From assembly GCA_048938445.1 (NCBI GenBank), contig JBHLME010000030.1:1-40220 (forward strand): a DNA stretch of 40,220 nucleotides, written 5' to 3'. This stretch comes from Promethearchaeota archaeon. Lineage in GTDB: Archaea > Asgardarchaeota > Lokiarchaeia > Sigyniarchaeales > SOKP01. This document shows, in pieces, positions 38,566-40,220 of this stretch (position 1 is its first letter; the number at the start of each line of letters is the position of its first letter). Below the pieces are notes generated by a model, which saw only the letters and a program-made list of their open reading frames with translations, did no database searches and was not told the origin of the DNA. The position numbers were made by a program, and so were the translations under genes.

Positions 38566-39165
38566 ATGAGTAAAAAAAGCATAAAAGATCAAGAACTTGT
38601 TTTAACAGGCCAATACTTGGGAGTCATTGAAGAGTTCTTACCCGATAAGAATTCAACATATGTTAAAAATGGTGAGATATTTGCATCGAAATCAGGAATT
38701 GTTAATATCGATCATAAGAAACGTGAAGTAGAAATAAGAGATTTTAATGAAAATGAACGAAAAATAGTAAAAAATGGAGATATTGTCGTTGGTGAAATTT
38801 TATTTGTCAGAAAATATTCAGTCGGAATAAACTTTTACACTATTAATGATAAAATGCACTTCAATAGTTCTTACATGGGAAATATTCATGTAAGCGAAAT
38901 ATCTAATAAGTATGTAGAAAAAATTCAAGATGCTTTCCAAATAACAGATATTGTTAGAGCAAAAGTTATTGGTCAAGAATTTACGGAATATAAATTAAGC
39001 ACGGTTGGAAAAAACTTAGGTGTAATCCATGCGGACTGCGTGATCTGTGGAACCAATCTAGATAAAGTAGGATTTAATAAATTGGAATGCTCAATTTGTG
39101 GAAATGTTGAAAATAGAAAAATATCAGATGACTATCGAAATGTTAATCAAAATTTGAAATTATAA
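38566..39165 (+). CDS. csl4: Exosome RNA-binding cap protein Csl4
   Basis: VLTGQYLGVIEEF N-domain, S1 domain IHVSEIS...DIVRAKVI, LGVIHADCVICG...CSICGNVENRKIS Zn ribbon. Confidence 0.92.
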   Translation: MSKKSIKDQELVLTGQYLGVIEEFLPDKNSTYVKNGEIFASKSGIVNIDHKKREVEIRDFNENERKIVKNGDIVVGEILFVRKYSVGINFYTINDKMHFNSSYMGNIHVSEISNKYVEKIQDAFQITDIVRAKVIGQEFTEYKLSTVGKNLGVIHADCVICGTNLDKVGFNKLECSICGNVENRKISDDYRNVNQNLKL

Positions 39166-39236
39166 TTTTATATTTTTTGTATATTTAACTTATTATTATA
39201 AACTAATTATTGATTTAAACTGATTAGGTTTTTAAA

Positions 39237-39452
39237 GTGCCCGGAAAAAAGATGATTTTGCGATTTTATAACAATAGCGGTGAACTTCAAAATACAGTTA
39301 AATTTCTCGAAAGCATACAAAAAAAAGTTAATTTCATCAATCTTTCTGTTGAAGTAGAAGGAAAAACAATTAAAATTTCATTATATGGGACTAAAGATCT
39401 TCAGTATTTAGCTAGAGAAAGATTACAAGATTTAGCTCGCCAATTTTTTTAA
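39237..39452 (+). CDS. Small hypothetical protein (71 aa), possibly DUF2067 N-terminal-like
   Basis: Compact beta-alpha-beta-beta-alpha pattern, co-oriented after csl4; GTG or internal ATG start; family link tentative. Confidence 0.55.
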   Translation: MPGKKMILRFYNNSGELQNTVKFLESIQKKVNFINLSVEVEGKTIKISLYGTKDLQYLARERLQDLARQFF

Positions 39453-39453
39453 T

Positions 39454-40220
39454 TCAAACACTTTTGAAATTCTCCCATTCATGGATTTTTTCTAAAGTTT
39501 TCACGTATATAGCCCTTACTTCGTTAAGATCAGAAGTTTTCAAAGTAAAAAGGTTAAATTTCTTTAATAATGAACTAAAATTTGGATATTCTTCAGGATT
39601 GGACATTGTTAAAAAAGCACAATTAATAGCGTTAATAAAATTTGAAGCATTACTACTTATATGAGTTGTTATTGCTTCCTTTCCTGCTTCCATTATCTCT
39701 TCCGCAACTTTAGAATAGATATCCTCAACAATAATTAATTCCTTTAGATTTTTTTTTATTGTTTGAGACATGATTTGCTTTCTTTCTTTAGCTGCATCTA
39801 TAAATGCTGCTTTTGGTTGACTTTTTTCGATTTCTTCTATTTTTTCAATTTTCTCAAGTAATATATTACTTTTAATCTCAACATCACTAGCCATTTTAGC
39901 ATGTACCACTTGATTGGTTTCTGTGGAGATTTCAGCTTTTATTTCACTAGTAAATTTAGATTCAACTTCCTCGGTCATTTGTTCAAAAATATTTATTGGT
40001 TCCACGTTTTCAAATAACTCCTTGACTAAAGGAGATGATTCTGGATTAATATCCATTACATCTGCAATGATTCTAATCATTTTATTTCTATTTTCCCTGC
40101 GATTTGCAACCATGGGATATGTTTTCAATTTAAAAAAGTTTTCAATTTTCTCAATTGTTAAGGCTCCGCGAAGATCTTGCTTATTACCAATAATCGCTGA
40201 ACGAGCATGAGGGACTTCAC
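39454..40220 (-). CDS. Partial (5'-truncated by the window) Ras-superfamily/Arf-like small GTPase with a long C-terminal helical extension
   Basis: The frame stays open from the track's TTG at 40128 to the window end and reads EVPHARSAIIGNKQDLRGALTIEKIENFFKLKTYPMVA, which contains a G4 NKQD motif. Confidence 0.72.
   Translation of the reverse strand, partial: EVPHARSAIIGNKQDLRGALTIEKIENFFKLKTYPMVANRRENRNKMIRIIADVMDINPESSPLVKELFENVEPINIFEQMTEEVESKFTSEIKAEISTETNQVVHAKMASDVEIKSNILLEKIEKIEEIEKSQPKAAFIDAAKERKQIMSQTIKKNLKELIIVEDIYSKVAEEIMEAGKEAITTHISSNASNFINAINCAFLTMSNPEEYPNFSSLLKKFNLFTLKTSDLNEVRAIYVKTLEKIHEWENFKSV

Noticed and set aside
464-40210. Numerous short ORFs (60-146 aa) overlapping the main genes, mostly antisense, e.g. 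16609-17049, 18704-19027, 19058-19360, 39914-40210
   Set aside because: They overlap well-supported genes, show the Ser/Phe/Ile-rich composition of shadow frames, and have no motifs
1-40220. CRISPR arrays, IS elements, integrases, tRNA/rRNA genes, defence systems
   Set aside because: No regularly spaced DNA repeats, transposase or integrase motifs, or GC-rich structural RNA segments seen by eye; a short RNA could have been missed

Overview
A gene-dense, AT-rich (about 30% GC by eye) archaeal chromosomal window. It most likely comes from an Asgard archaeon (Lokiarchaeia/Promethearchaeota-like). Evidence for that: archaeal informational genes (aEF-2, aIF5B, class I CCA enzyme, RFC-S, Csl4, Taw1, TruA, METTL5), bacterial-type uvrBA, an STT3-like AglB with eukaryote-like motifs, a PAS-only protein, and a small-GTPase fragment at the right edge that the ORF track truncates. 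I see no rRNA, tRNA, CRISPR array or mobile element. Main candidates for follow-up: (1) a coupled gene pair (multi-TM protein + membrane-anchored EEP domain) that together resembles a split Cwh43/PGAP2IP lipid-remodelling protein; (2) a 1317-aa AglB carrying five tandem Ig-like repeats; (3) a Taw1 with a winged-helix-like insert; (4) an aEF-2 whose diphthamide loop lacks the HRG motif, with no dph2 at its usual METTL5-csl4 position; (5) an ECF S-component/DUF2085 fusion; (6) a zinc-ribbon protein with a DENN-like segment. All family assignments come from motif recognition by eye and from memory; no database search was run.
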